Shown here piece by piece: positions 44,958 to 58,854 of a stretch of 64,000 bases of DNA. Every line of letters starts with the position of its first letter. Position 1 is the stretch's first letter. Below the pieces are notes generated by a model that saw nothing but the letters and a program-made list of their open reading frames with translations, searched no databases and had not been told where the DNA came from. The translations under genes were made by a program, and so were the position numbers. This stretch comes from Eledone cirrhosa. Taxonomy: Eukaryota. Where the stretch lies: NCBI GenBank assembly GCA_964016885.1, contig OZ024754.1, positions 33,542,001 through 33,606,000 on the forward strand, given 5' to 3'.

Positions 44958-47010
44958 CTACATTTTAAATTTAAATTTATATTTAAACGTTGAGTTTAAT
45001 CTATGTTTTCAACAACTGAATAAATTTGTCCGTAGATTAAGGGAATTTTTAGATTTTAGTATAAAGAATATCTCCTCTGCGCAGAGGTCACATGTCTCAG
45101 AGGATGAATTAAAAGGAATCCCTCTTGAGACTATATTCCAAGCCGTCGAATATCTAACGTTATCTAGCTTAAGTTGCCATAGTACGCTTGATAGTGCCGT
45201 TGAAGATTTTTTACTTGGATCTGTGAAAGAATTCTTGTGGTTATTATAGCGAAGTTTAAATTCCGTCGATGTGGAACCGACGTAGTTAAAAGAATTAGAG
45301 TCAGTATTAACATTACAATTGTATACTATATTTTTAACTAAGCAGTTGTTATTTAACGGACATTTAGATCTATCTCTACAGTTACATTTGTTAACTTGTA
45401 TATTATTTATGCTGTTATCACTAGGTTTTAAGTTCCTATTATTTATTCTATTGATATTTTGTGCTAAATTTTTGGTGGATGAGTAGGTTAATTTAATTGT
45501 ATGTCTATTGAAAATTGAGTGATATCTATGTGTTCTAGGGAAGCGATTATCAAGAGCTTTAAAAAATAGTTTAGCGATGTGGGTTTTAATGTTTAGTGAG
45601 AAAGGGGGGGAAACCAAATTATGTTCCTAGTTCTATTTCTTTTTTGGCCTTTGGAATTATTGTAATGCTTTCTATTATAGTTGTTAAGGATGTTGCCGTA
45701 ATTAAAAAGTTGTTACTTTGTTTAGTTTGTCTATCATTATCTATGTACACAATCTTATCAGCATATCCTGCTCTAGCTAATGCTTCATTGTAGTATTGGG
45801 CTTTTTCGTCGAAAATCTTTCTATTCGACGAGATCCTAGAGATACGTTTTTGGACAGAGTTTACTATAGTGTTTTTGACAGATCTGGGGTGGTTAGAGTT
45901 AAAGTTTACATAGTTTAAGTTTTCATTCAACTTGTGAAAAGGATAGTGAAGACATGTGTTGAGATTTAATGTTATATCTAGGAAATTGACTATTCTATGG
46001 TTGTTTTCAATTTCTATTTTAAGATTAAAGTAATTAAAAAATTGTGTAATTTGTTTACATTTTCTATTTAGTTCAGAGTTATTATTATCAATAAGTAAAA
46101 GCATGTCGTCTCTATATAAACCTCCGGTAGTACCGGGTATTTTCCTATGTAGCGAATTGATTAAAAATAAACCCGCAAGGTCAGTTACCTGGGCTGAGTC
46201 GGATGATCCCATAGTAATGTCAAAATTGCTATCTCTATCTGCTCTGGTCCATAGTTGGTCATTAAATTCTATCAAAGTTTTCCTAGCCGATAATATAATA
46301 TGCATTTCATTGCTAGTTAGGTCAGTATGTTTGAATGCGTAATTTAGTGCCTTATTTAGTAGATTAGGGGTAATAGAAGAATAATAGTTAGCTATATCAA
46401 GTTGAATAAACTTATTATTATTGTTATATTTAATTTGCTTAAACCACTCAACGACTTCTCCAGTTCCCTTCCACAAGCTCAGGTTAGATAAACAATCCAA
46501 GTTCTTAATTTGCCGTATCACCCTGTCAAGAATGTTTTTGCTTAATTTGCCCAGGTCCGATTTTGATGGTGCGATCAATCTAACTGGCAGGTCATTTTCA
46601 AAATTCCGCTTGTGATCTTTCATATTGATCTTCGGTTTCCTGGGCACGAAAGGTTGTGTTCTGTTCTCAATTTCCAACTCGTGCATTATACAAGATGCTT
46701 CAACATTCATTTTCTCAAGCTCGGCCTTATCTGCTACCTTGTACTTTTTCCTCAGCTCTTTCAGTATGAGGCCATTATACATGTCTTTCTGCACTCCATA
46801 GAGGTTGTTGGTCTTGTCAGATTTCACCAAGATCTTCTCAGTTTTCTCTAAGCTCTCAATGTTATCCTTAATGCCTTTCAGATATTCCTGGCCTTTGAAG
46901 TTTCTCTTGAATTTGACCCCTTGTATGATAGAAATTATATCGTTTTCAAAGTCAGATAAAAGTTTGTTAGGGGGTGGATTTCTTTTAGATTTGAAAACTT
47001 TGTTTAAGTT
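44958..47010 (-). pseudogene. Penelope/Naiad RT-GIY-YIG ORF with two frameshifts near 45600-45700 and an in-frame TGA at 45011-45009
   Basis: FKSKRNPPP, KSDKTNNLY, KDHK, QLDIANYYSSI, TMGSSD, LYRDD, RNIIWF/PPFS, CNCRDRSKCPLNNNC, IVY...YVG, CDLCAEE, LNLRTNLFSC(TGA)KH. Confidence 0.9.
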
Positions 47011-47165
47011 TCTTTTTTTTTTCTCTTTTTCTCTCTTTCTCTCTCTCTTTCTTTCTCTCTGTGTACAATTTTGTCACAACCAAATCAACCTTCTCAAATG
47101 CAAGTAGATGTTGGTACGGTATGTCGAATCTATTTATCTATGTATCTATAAAACTGTTTATATTG

Positions 47166-47231
47166 TATTTTGTCTGAGGAAGGCATAGCATATTGTTAAT
47201 ATGTTATCCCTGAAATATATATAATGAAATA
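47166..47231 (+). ncRNA. Minimal type I hammerhead ribozyme motif in the pseudo-LTR
   Basis: CTGAGGA, long helix II, GAAA, palindromic ATATATAT helix III, AUA site, 8-bp helix I (tattttgt/atgaaata). Confidence 0.8.
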
Positions 47232-47360
47232 AATATGGTTTTATAAATATAGTTTCCATTTATTTAATATTGTAAATATACTCCAAATATTTGTCGAGTG
47301 CTTTTATATCAGTTATAAATATTTACTAGTTGTAACACAACAATTTAAATATAACTTTCC

Positions 47361-47840
<480 letters not shown>

Positions 47841-47918
47841 ATTACACAGCTCAGAAATATTCCTTTCTTTGAGCTATTTAATTGTAAAAGACTATTTGAG
47901 TTTATAACTGTATATATA

Positions 47919-47987
<69 letters not shown>

Positions 47988-48779
47988 TCATCATCATCAT
48001 CATCATCGTTTAACGTCCATGTTCCACGCTTGCATGGGTTTGGACGGGAGTTTTCCCACTTGAGGCAAGAGTGGTTGTCTTGCTCGCATAGGACTGTCTG
48101 GCGGGTTTTCTACAGCTGGATGCCCTTCCTAACACCAACCACATTTACAGTGTGGGGCTGGGAGGTTTTTACCGTGCTGCCTACACGGCCACATTACAGC
48201 GTGGACTGTGTGTTTTTTTTTTTGTTGTGACACCTACACGATCTCATTTGTTTCGGCCTGGATGTTGTGGCACCAACATAACTTTACATTGAAAGGGACG
48301 GTGTGGATGGGGTGGGTGTGGTGGGACGGGGGGTGTATTTTGTTAGAGATGCCTACTGACTATATATATACTAACTAGTCTGTGTACAATTATGATATTA
48401 CGTTGCAGCATTAAAAGAATGCTTATAGTCTACAGCAGACCCAAAAGTGCCACCCCCCCCCCCCCCCCTCCTCCCCTAAAAGTGTCGCCCGGTGCAGACC
48501 ACTCCCTTCCCTCTTGCTCTCCTCTAGCTACACTACTGATTACTATACTAATGTTACTAGTTGGCTGCTCTAAAGGTGAGTATTTAGCTTTCAAACATTT
48601 CACAATCAACTGTCATTTTCTAGCTAAATAATTAAATTGACCAAAGACAGATTGAATAATGTCATTAGCTTTAGTTGAACTACCATCCATTATTTATGTA
48701 AGATATTATTCAAACGTCTTTTATTATTTTACCAAAAGTTCAAGAGAAAAGATACAATGGAATTTCATTTATTATTATT

Positions 48780-49090
48780 GATGCTGTTTGGGGTGGTGCA
48801 TTAGCAGTATCGCTAGAGTTACGTCCCTTTATGATCTGAGTTCAAATCCCGCCGAGGTTAGCTTTGTCTTTCATCCTTACGGGGTCGATAGATGCTGTTT
48901 GGGGTGGTACATTAGCAGTATCGCTAGAGTTACGTCCCTTTATGATCTGAGTTCAAATCCCGCCGAGGTTAGCTTTGTCTTTCATCCTTACGGGGGTCGA
49001 TAAAATAAAGTACCAGTAATGCACTGGGCTCGATTTAATCAACTATCCCCCTCCCCTAAAATTGCTGGCCTTGTGCCTTTAGTAGAAATC
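48780..49090 (+). mobile_element. Family A SINE with a ~111-bp tandem duplication
   Basis: gatgctgtttggggtgg...ggggtcgata occurs twice. Confidence 0.8.
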
Positions 49091-49925
49091 ATTATTATTG
49101 TTGCTGTTGGTGTTGTTGTTGTTAGTTCTATATAACATAGCGACAATGGCCTTGGAGTAGCTCTTGGCGTTGGTGAGAATAATTGGAATATGCTCTTCTC
49201 TAGGGCTTTCAGTTTCCAAAAGTCGTTGGCATGGCAGTACTACATAGGGGTACCACAAGTTTGAGATAAACTCTACAGATACAGAAGGGCTAACAGCCGG
49301 ATATATCCAAGATGTATGCAGAACGACAAAACCATGCTTCATTGTATCACCCAGTGCCTGTGCGTTGCAGAGTTGTGGGCTTGTATTAAACAATTGCTAT
49401 TATGTGTAGGACAGATCTAGCTCTCTAGCAGGGTCAATAGTGAAAATTTAACTGCCACCTTCTTTTAAAAGGGAGGTGTGGAGAGTTTTCCCCTCTCTGG
49501 TGATGGAAGCTCTATGGAGGACTCGTCTAAAGGGAATAGGAATCTTCCTCTCAAGCCAAGCCCTCATCAACTCTTTCAAGTTCCATTTGAAGAGGGAGGT
49601 GATGGTAGAAAGGAAGGTGTTGGCTTGAATATATACAAATTGTAGATGTAGATAAAGTATAATTTAAATTAGGTGAAGAGGGCCCACATTAATTTACAGG
49701 TACTATTAATATATTTATTGTTAAATATATAACGAAGGGTTGGGAAGAAGCAGAATCATTAGGACATCATTGAAGGGTTGGGGAGAGGCAGAATCATTAG
49801 AACATCAGACAGAATGCTTTGTTTTAACATTTTTGCCAATTCATCAAAATTTCTCTACTTTAGCAACCCCAGTTGGCAAAAGGGGAAGAGGGTGTTGCAT
49901 ATATGTCTGTGTGTGTGAATATATG

Positions 49926-49969
<44 letters not shown>

Positions 49970-50752
49970 CATGTGTTTACCTGAATTTTTTCAATTATCA
50001 ACTTTAATTATAGTCACCTGTGTCGGGGTGACTATATTTCAAATTTGTGTTATTAAAGCATAATTAGTCGTTTATGAGTGAGAGGGTGAGAGAGAAAGAA
50101 GAGGGGACAGAGAATGAAAGAGAGAGAAGGGGGAGAGAGAGGAAGAAAGATAGAAGGGGAAAGAGAGTGACTGAGAGAGAGAATGGGAGAGAGAGAGTGA
50201 GAACAAGAGAAGGGGGAAGAGAGAAAGACTAACATTTGAGAACTTTTTATGGAATTTATTCTTTTACTGGTTTCAGTCATTAAACTTAGGCCATGCTGGG
50301 GCATCAGTTGAAAAGGGATTTGGTCAGTCATATTGAAACCAGCTTTTTTTTCTTTTTATTGTGTCTTGTACTTACTTTATCAATCTTTTTTTGTCAAATC
50401 ACTATGTTATGAGACATAAACAAAGAGTAAATGTAAGCACACACACACACACATTCACACACACACTCACACACACCCCTACACACACACACACACCTCC
50501 CCTACACACACACACATTTATATCAGTTATTAGAAATATCATGAACATATGACAGCCTCCAATTTTCGAATCAATTACTATATTCAGATTTAAAGAAAAT
50601 TAATAATTAAAACTCCTCACATGATTATCTTTCTAATTATCTAATTTAATTAATCAAGACGCCGTACCCTCAACAAGCCATTTCTATGATACAAAAACTA
50701 ATTTGTCACATTTATCTTGAACTGTAGCAAGTAAAGATTCTTCCTATTTAAA

Positions 50753-51529
50753 TCTATATATTAATTTCAACAATGTCAGTATTCCGTGTGTCATAATTCT
50801 CGATTATCATTGGTTCATAGGTTTCAAATGACTCCGCCCACCTCAACGACGCCAAACTTAAATTAATATGCATAATGCCAATGAGGGAGTGAGAGGGGAG
50901 AGTAAGAAACAGAGAGGCAAAGTGAATGCTGTAACTATTACCATGTGTGCGTGTGTATGTACGTGCGTGAATTTTTATGTGTGTGTGCGTGCAGCGTTCC
51001 ACAGAAAGTAAAAGCAATTTGACTTTATCAAACAGTAAACTACAGCGGCAACGGCGTGCAGCCAGGAATGAAGAAAAATGGGCTGAACAGCGCCATAGGA
51101 ACGCCAAACTTCACAGGCGAAGACGTGCCGCCATGAATGAAGAGGAGCTGGCTGAACAACGTCAACGAAACACTGGAGCCAAGCAGTGACGGCGTGCTGC
51201 GATGGTTGAAGACGAACTGGCTGAGCATCATCTTTTACAACCACGTCTATGCAATGATACACGTTTTACAGTCAGACAGAAGATGAACCATCTCCTAGAG
51301 GTCACAACTCTAGGTGGGAGCACCTAGAATTGTTCATATACTATGCACAAACGGTACAACGAAGAATCTGGTATATCTGGAAGATTTTTTTTACTGTTTT
51401 TTGTATCACACAGACACCACGGACTCGCCTCATACTATAACCAGACAAACATCCAATACAGTCATTTTCTCTTTTACCTGTCTTCTCTTACCATCTGTTT
51501 ACCCGGGCGAAGCTGGGTACGTCAGCTAG
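50753..51529 (+). mobile_element. Non-autonomous (internally deleted) Helitron
   Basis: A|TC start, acccgggcgaagctgggt hairpin then CTAG|T; relics RRAARNEE/RRAAMNEE and SRVG...TKNLVY (helicase C-terminus-like). Confidence 0.85.
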
Positions 51530-52256
51530 TGTTATTAATTTCACATTTTTATAAGCATGGCTGTGTGGTTAATTTTTTAGAACAGGGTCTCCTTGCAGCA
51601 TTAAAAATGGGGTCCCATTCTTAAAAAATAACAACAGGTGTCCATTTCGAAGGGGGTCCTGTTTAATAAGATTGATCCTGGGGTAGTCACCTTTCCCACC
51701 CCAACTCCCACAATTATTCCTGTTCTGAATACATTCTGTAGAGTGGTTTGGTATTAGTAAGGGCATCCAACTGAAGAATCCATGCTAAAATATTATGGAA
51801 CATATAAGCACAAGATTGAGATATTTTTGACTTCCCAAGACTCGAATTCTGACAGCTCATCCAATTAATGCTAACATGGAAATGGCTGTTTTTAAAGATG
51901 ATGAATGTCTGAACAAATACTTAATATAGAGAAAACATTCTATGAAATACAAGCATATAAATCTTGAAATATGTTAGTTATATCTTACCTGAAACCTTTA
52001 AAGAATATAACAGCTAGCTGTCTAGCTCGGTAAATATCTTTGAATCATGCTCAAGACACTCATTATTTACTGATTTATATATTTCTATGCAAGAGGAATG
52101 AATCACATTTTCTGGACAGTCAACTACATTAGCTCAATGGTTAAAACTACAATTCCTTGTGTAATAACCCAAAGCTTCCATTACAGTTTCGGGATTGGGA
52201 TGGCTTAAGTATATATACTGGATATTATTATTATTAGTATTATTATTATCATTATT

Positions 52257-52462
52257 TGGCAGTATCAGTAAAGTGTCAGATGCCATGCTTTGCAGCATAA
52301 AGTTACGGTGCTTTGCGGTCTGAGTTCAAATCCTGCCGAGGTTAACTTTGCCTTTCATCCTTACGGGGTCGATAAAATAAAGTCCCAGTCACGTACTGGG
52401 GTCGATTTAATCAACTTTCCCCTCCCCCAAAATTGCTGGCCTTGTGCCTATACTAGAAACCA
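52257..52462 (+). mobile_element. Family A SINE
   Basis: Matches the family A sequence. Confidence 0.85.
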
Positions 52463-52468
52463 TTATTA

Positions 52469-52503
<35 letters not shown>

Positions 52504-52504
52504 G

Positions 52505-52862
52505 TTCTTTGAGTCTCAGTCATTGATGTTAGTTAACTGGAAAGTTTGTTGAAATGAATATCAAGCCACTACCAGCAGCCTCAGATATTCAGGACGTATC
52601 GGAGGGTTCTTGCTGTTCCCAGCAAGCATGCCTTTTGAAGCGTTCCAAAAAGCGTGGCGGGGCCAATTTTCTTTAACCATCCCTGGAAACTCTTTGAGAT
52701 AGTACCTAGTGCGCCTATGACAATCGGGACCACTTTGACTTCATGGCAGTTCCAAATCCTTTTTACCTCCCACTTTAAGTCCTGGTATCGGTTAATTTTC
52801 TCCCTCTCCTTCTCTTGCACTCTCGTGTCGAATGGGCAGGCCACATCCACAATCAGGCACAA
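52505..52862 (-). mobile_element. Dong/R4-clade 3' fragment
   Basis: CLIVDVACPFD...LRYVLNI within (TAA)n. Confidence 0.88.
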
Positions 52863-52864
52863 TC

Positions 52865-52919
<55 letters not shown>

Positions 52920-53040
52920 TGTTATTTTATTTCAACCTCTGTTTTTTTACACGCAGAAATGCCCATTTGTACCGTCCTGTATTGTCCTGTACTGTCCTTA
53001 ATGTCTACTTTATGTGAACCCTTGTGGTTAATAAAGAAAA

Positions 53041-53093
<53 letters not shown>

Positions 53094-53554
53094 GCTCACA
53101 TTTTTTATCACCAATATGAGACTAAGAAAGAAATTAAAAACAAGATCATACTAACATATTTAGAGTCAATAGAAAATCAGTGAAGTGAAAACCAAAGCAC
53201 AAGTATATTGGAACAAATTATTGAAGGGGCCTAAGCCCCAAAAGACCCTCAGCCCTGGCAGGCTTGTAACTACACAGACACTAGTGTTATACCATTGTTA
53301 CATACTGGTAGATTAATAACATCATTAAAGAGTCTTTACAAAATATTTTGTAATTCTTTATATTCAGGGTTCAAATCCTGCCATGGACAACTTTGCCTTC
53401 CTTCTTTCTGGGGTCAATAAAATAAAGAATCAGTTAAATATTAGGATCAATATAATTAACAGATGAGTGTATGTGTATATATACATACATGTAAGTATGT
53501 ATATATATGTGCATGTGTGTGCATATGCAGGTATGAGTACAAGTAGGTGTTTGT

Positions 53555-53892
53555 GAAGGCACATGGCTTAGTGGTTAGAGCATTGGGCTTGCAATTGAAA
53601 GGTTGTGAGTTCGATTCTCGGACCGGGTGATGCATTGTGTCCTTAAGCAAGACACTTTATTTCACATTGCTCCAGTTTACTCAGCTGTAGAAATGAATTG
53701 CGACATCACTGGTGCCAACTGTATGGGCCATTGCCTTTCCTTTGGACAACATTGGGGGTGTGGAGATGGGGAGACTGGTATGCATGGGCGACTACTGGTC
53801 TTCCATAAAACAAACCTTGCCTGGACTTGTGCCCTGGAGGGAAACTTTCTAGGTGTAAAACCATGGTCATTCGTGACCAAAGGGGTTCTTTG
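53555..53892 (+). mobile_element. Apparently complete family B CORE-like SINE
   Basis: tRNA-like head, core and a 3' tail also seen inverted at 15045-15135. Confidence 0.8.
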
Positions 53893-54347
53893 ATGTAGGT
53901 GTTTGTATTCTTGCATGCGTATATTCATGTTTGTAATTGCATGCATTTGCATGTGTACATATCCAGATATCTGCAGCTGAGACCATGCTTAATAATATGC
54001 AATTCGATCTGCAGGTAATTGGAGAAGTATTTGCATTAATTAAACTATTATGGTGTATACGCATTTGCTTGTATGAATCTATCAACATATTCCAATATAG
54101 CTACACACGTATAGAAGGAAAGACATAAAAATAGTTACTACACCCACATACCAACACTTCAGTTTATAAACCCCTTTAACTTATAATTCTAACAATCCCC
54201 CTACTCCACCACTCATAACATACTCGAAAGTCTTGAATTCTATTCCATATAAAAAGCCTTCTCTTAAACACCTGCATGAAATTCCAATAACAAAATCTTC
54301 TATTTCTTCATAACATCTATTGACCTTCAATGCATGCTAAAAAAATC

Positions 54348-54392
<45 letters not shown>

Positions 54393-55639
54393 TATATATA
54401 CATAAATAATAGTATTTATACTTATATATATAAACTATATACAATTATAAATACGAAAGTACGTTGTACTACCCGATTACCAGTAACAAAAATAACTCAA
54501 TGTAAATTATCAGATGTATTACAGAGCAGAAATACAAGATACAGAGTGTACTTTACAGAGTGTACTGGGTACATTTTATCATGGAACCATCACTACCACT
54601 TTACAGAATGTACTGGGTACGTTTCATCATTGACCATCACTACTACATGACAGAATGTAGGGGTGCATTTCTTTGTGGCACTGGCACTACCATTTGACAG
54701 AGAACACCGCATACATTTTGTTGTAACACCATCGCTACCACATGACAGAATGTAATGGGTACATGTTATCTTGACACCATCACTACCACATTACAGAGTT
54801 TAATGGGTGCATTTTAACATTTCACCAGCACTACCACTTTACAGGGTGGTCTAGGTACTTTTTATCATGGTACGATCTCTACCACTTTACAGAGTGAACT
54901 AGGTGCGTTTTATCATGGCACCATCTCTACCACTTTACTGAGTGGATGGGTGTATTTTAATCATAAAAACAAATTATGTATTATAAACTTTTGACTCTAT
55001 TCAAGAGAAAATGAAACAATAAATTTATAATTATTGATTGAAGAGAGATGAAGCAAGTTAAATGAGGTGTCAACTATAACATTAATGTTTCCAATGTAAT
55101 ATTTTCTCCTTGAAATATTAAAATGTCACAGATTTCTATAAGTCATAGATAGTCTAACCATTTCTATATTTTTGTCGTTTTCTTTATCTATCTTACCTCC
55201 TCTCTCTCTCTCTCCCTCTCCCTCTCTCACCCCCTCTCTTCACACACACATACATACACACATATATGCACACACACACACATATATTTATGCACACATA
55301 TACATATATACACATATATGCACACATATATTTATACACGCACGTCTCGCATATATACATTTATGCATACACATACACACACACACACTCATATCTACAT
55401 ACACACTCACGTACACACATATACTTATGCACACACAGATGCCACACATATATGCTCACACATACATTTATATACATATATGTATATATCATCATCATGG
55501 TTAACATCCCTTTTCCACGTTAGCATGGGTTAGACAGGATGTCCCATTTGAGGCAAGTCGAGTCAGGTGACCGTGTCTTGATCATACAGAACTGTTTTGG
55601 GCTTGGTCACTACAGCTGGATGTCCTTCCTGATGCCATC

Positions 55640-56032
55640 CACTTTACGTGACACCTACACAACTACTTTACAGTGTGGACTAGGTGCTTTTTGTTGTGAC
55701 ACCTACATGACCACTTTCCAGTGTTGACTGGGTGCTTTTTGTTGTGACACCTTCATGACCACTTTACAGTGAGTACTAGGTGCTTTTTGTCATGACACCT
55801 ACATGACCACTTTACAGTGTGGAGTGGGTGCTTTTTGTTGTGACACCTACATGACCACTTTACAGTGTGGACTGGGTGCTTTTTGTCATGAGACCTACAT
55901 GACCACTTTACAGTGTGGACTAGGTGCTTTTTGTCATGACACCTACATGACCACTTTACAGTGTGGACTAGGTGCTTTTTGTCATGACACCTACATGATC
56001 ACTTTACAGTGTGGGCTGGGTGCTTTTTGTGA
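55640..56032. repeat. 48-bp minisatellite (~8 units), inverted relative of the 49-bp array
   Basis: Unit gacacctacatgaccactttacagtgtggactaggtgctttttgtcat. Confidence 0.9.
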
Positions 56033-56685
56033 CAACTATTATGTGATAGTTGTCATGGTAGGTTTGTATATCTCAATTTATCCTTTTAATTGAGTTCTCT
56101 GAACCATACTATTTTAGTCAGTATTTTCTGTCCCTTGTGATTTGAACACATAGTTATATATCTGTGTTTGTCTCTCTTTACTGTAGTATAAGGCTTGGAT
56201 AAATTTTTTCCTCGAGCTATTTTGATTATAGCAGCCTATTGTGAGTTTTTAACTCAATATATACTTTTGATATATATATATGACACAAGACCGTGACCTC
56301 TGGCGTCATGCAGTAATACAGAAGACCCGACTGCCTATGAGTACAAGCTGAAGCTGAAGTATTTAGACAATATGCCCCACTCCCTCCCACTGCAAAGTGG
56401 TCATGGAAGTGTCACAACAAAAAAAGCAGCCAGTCCACACTCTAAAGTGGTCGTGTAGGTTCCACGGAAAAAAAGCACCCAGCACTCACTGTAAATGGAG
56501 TTGGTGTTAGGAAGGACATTCAGCTGTAGAAATCAAGCCAAAATCAGTTCCCGTATGAGTAAGACAAGGCCACCCGACCTGACATTGCTCACAACAGGAC
56601 AACCCGTCTAACCCATGCTACCGTGGAAGAATAGAGATAAGACAGTGATGGTGATGATGATATATATATACATATATAAACATAT

Positions 56686-57110
56686 ACGTGGGAAAGTAAG
56701 AAATCGGAGAATAGACCGTTAAAACATGTTTATTTAAAACAGCACCTACGTACGTTTCGCCCAGTTGGGCTTCTCAAGGGCATAAATAATCAAAAGTGTT
56801 CCTTACATTGCTCGGAACAATGTAAGGAACACTTTTGATTATTTATGCCCTTGAGAAGCCCAACTGGGCGAAACGTACGTAGGTGCTGTTTTAAATAAAC
56901 ATGTTTTAACGGTCTATTCTCCGATTTCTTTCTTTCCCACGTGCTTACGCTCTGCTAATTCTCTAGCCCACTAAATATTAACACTTCGAATATTTAATAC
57001 TGCCGGCACTAGTATCGAGCACCTTTGGCATACGCTACTTGGCAAATAACTATATGTATCACCTATCTTCCCCTTTTTTTTTCTCTCTCTCGATACGTAA
57101 ATACTGTATA
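56686..57110. mobile_element. ORF-less Penelope-type inverted pseudo-LTR remnant (125-bp hairpin plus a one-sided extension)
   Basis: Arms 56686-56810 and 56818-56942 with one mismatch; hammerhead motif in the arms; TA-rich flanks. Confidence 0.7.
56845..56886 (+). ncRNA. Minimal hammerhead-like motif, U3-A8 variant
   Basis: TTGAGAA-GCCC-AACT-GGGC-GAAA-C-GTAC-GT-A. Confidence 0.65.
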
Positions 57111-57269
57111 TAAACATATATATATATATGTATAAATATATATATATATGAATGTATGTATAGTATATTTGGCAATATACTCTATATTTAATTAAAAACA
57201 TTTAGAAGACCATATGATATCAGTTTTAAAGTAGTGACTGTGTCACTTACTTGCTGGATTAAATCAATT

Positions 57270-57440
57270 GTCGATTAAATCAGCCCCAGTACGTGACTGG
57301 TGCTTTATTTTATCGACCCCGTAAGGATGAAAGGTAAAGTTAACCTCAGCGGGATTTGAACTCAGACCATAAAGGGCTGTAACTCAATGCTGCAAAGCAT
57401 TGCGTCCGACCCTCTACCGATACTGCCAATCCACCACCCT
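57270..57440 (-). mobile_element. Family A SINE
   Basis: Reverse complement of the family A sequence. Confidence 0.85.
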
Positions 57441-57504
57441 CATGTTTTTAAATGATAATAATTGATTTACTTTAACAAATTCAGTTCTCATATTTTATAA
57501 GTTA

Positions 57505-58030
57505 CTAGCAGTAAAGCCCGGCGTTGCTCGGGGTCGCTCAGTAGCTGTGTTAAAGTTACAATGTTAAGTTTCTTTTTTGGCTTAAAAACTGTAGTGTCTA
57601 CTGTGCAGACTTGCATGTGGTGTTTTTGATTAATATTCCCTCAACCAACAATATGCCTTATGAAGTTAAGAAAACATAACGATAACCCGAATGTTATAAC
57701 AAAAGAGGATGCTGGGGATAAAAACTGCACTGGTTATTTATTAACAAAGATCGAAAATGTAAACACTGCAACGCAGAGAAAAACAACGTAAGACGCTCAA
57801 TGTAAACAGAACAAAGGGAAATAACTCGTCACTTACGCTCAAAAATCGATACATTAGATTCGATTTCGTCACATAGGGTGGGTCAATTTGAAATTTTTTT
57901 TTCCGATGTCTTCGCTAGGGCTCAATGTACAAGTATAGCAATTTTGGTGCAATTCCGTCAGAGATTCTAAGAGGAGATGTGTGCCAAAGATCGATAGACA
58001 GACAGACAACCACAGCTTTATATATAGAGA
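57505..58030 (-). mobile_element. Non-autonomous Helitron
   Basis: Minus strand reads A|TCTCTATATATAAAGC...(GTCT)n ... cccgagcaacgccggg hairpin, CTAG|T. Confidence 0.85.
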
Positions 58031-58361
58031 TTGAACAAATATATTAGAGTTGTTCAAATAGTAAAATATATTTTTTTAGCACTGTGCCTCACTATTAACA
58101 TTTTTACGAAACGTTTTTTTATTATTTTTTTTTTTATTTGGTGTATGTGTGTTGGGTGGGGGGTGGGGGTGCTATAGCTGTCATAGCCCCATGGTGGCTG
58201 ATATAGAATACCTCCTCATAATTATGTCAAAGTTCCATAGTTCCATCTCTTGAATATCATAAGTATGACACTTACCACATTGCTAACTTCTCATATTTCA
58301 ACATAATTTCATCGTTCTAAATTATTACCTGAGCATATTCTCTTTCTCTTTTATTACCTGT

Positions 58362-58400
<39 letters not shown>

Positions 58401-58448
58401 ACCTGTGTTTCCCCTCTCTCTCTCTCTCTCTCTTATTACCTGTGTTTC

Positions 58449-58485
<37 letters not shown>

Positions 58486-58530
58486 AGCTATGTTTTCCCC
58501 TCTCTCTCTCTCTTATTACCTGTGTTTTCC

Positions 58531-58562
<32 letters not shown>

Positions 58563-58854
58563 ATCTCTCACTCTCTCTCTCTCTCTCCCTCTTTCTCTCT
58601 CTGTTTTTCTGTTTCTCTTTCTCTCTCTCTATCTATCTATCTATCTCCCTCTTTCTCTGTTTTTCTCTGTTTCTCTCTCTCCCACACTCTTTCTATCTCT
58701 CTCACACCCCTCCCCTCTCTTTCTGATATTGTATTATTGATTTTAAATATGAACCATCCAGTTATCTGTTGACAAAGATCAAATGAACATCGAGAGTATT
58801 TCATATCGATTAGCAATACAGGGAATCACTGGTTAATGTTTATTTCCTAGTACC

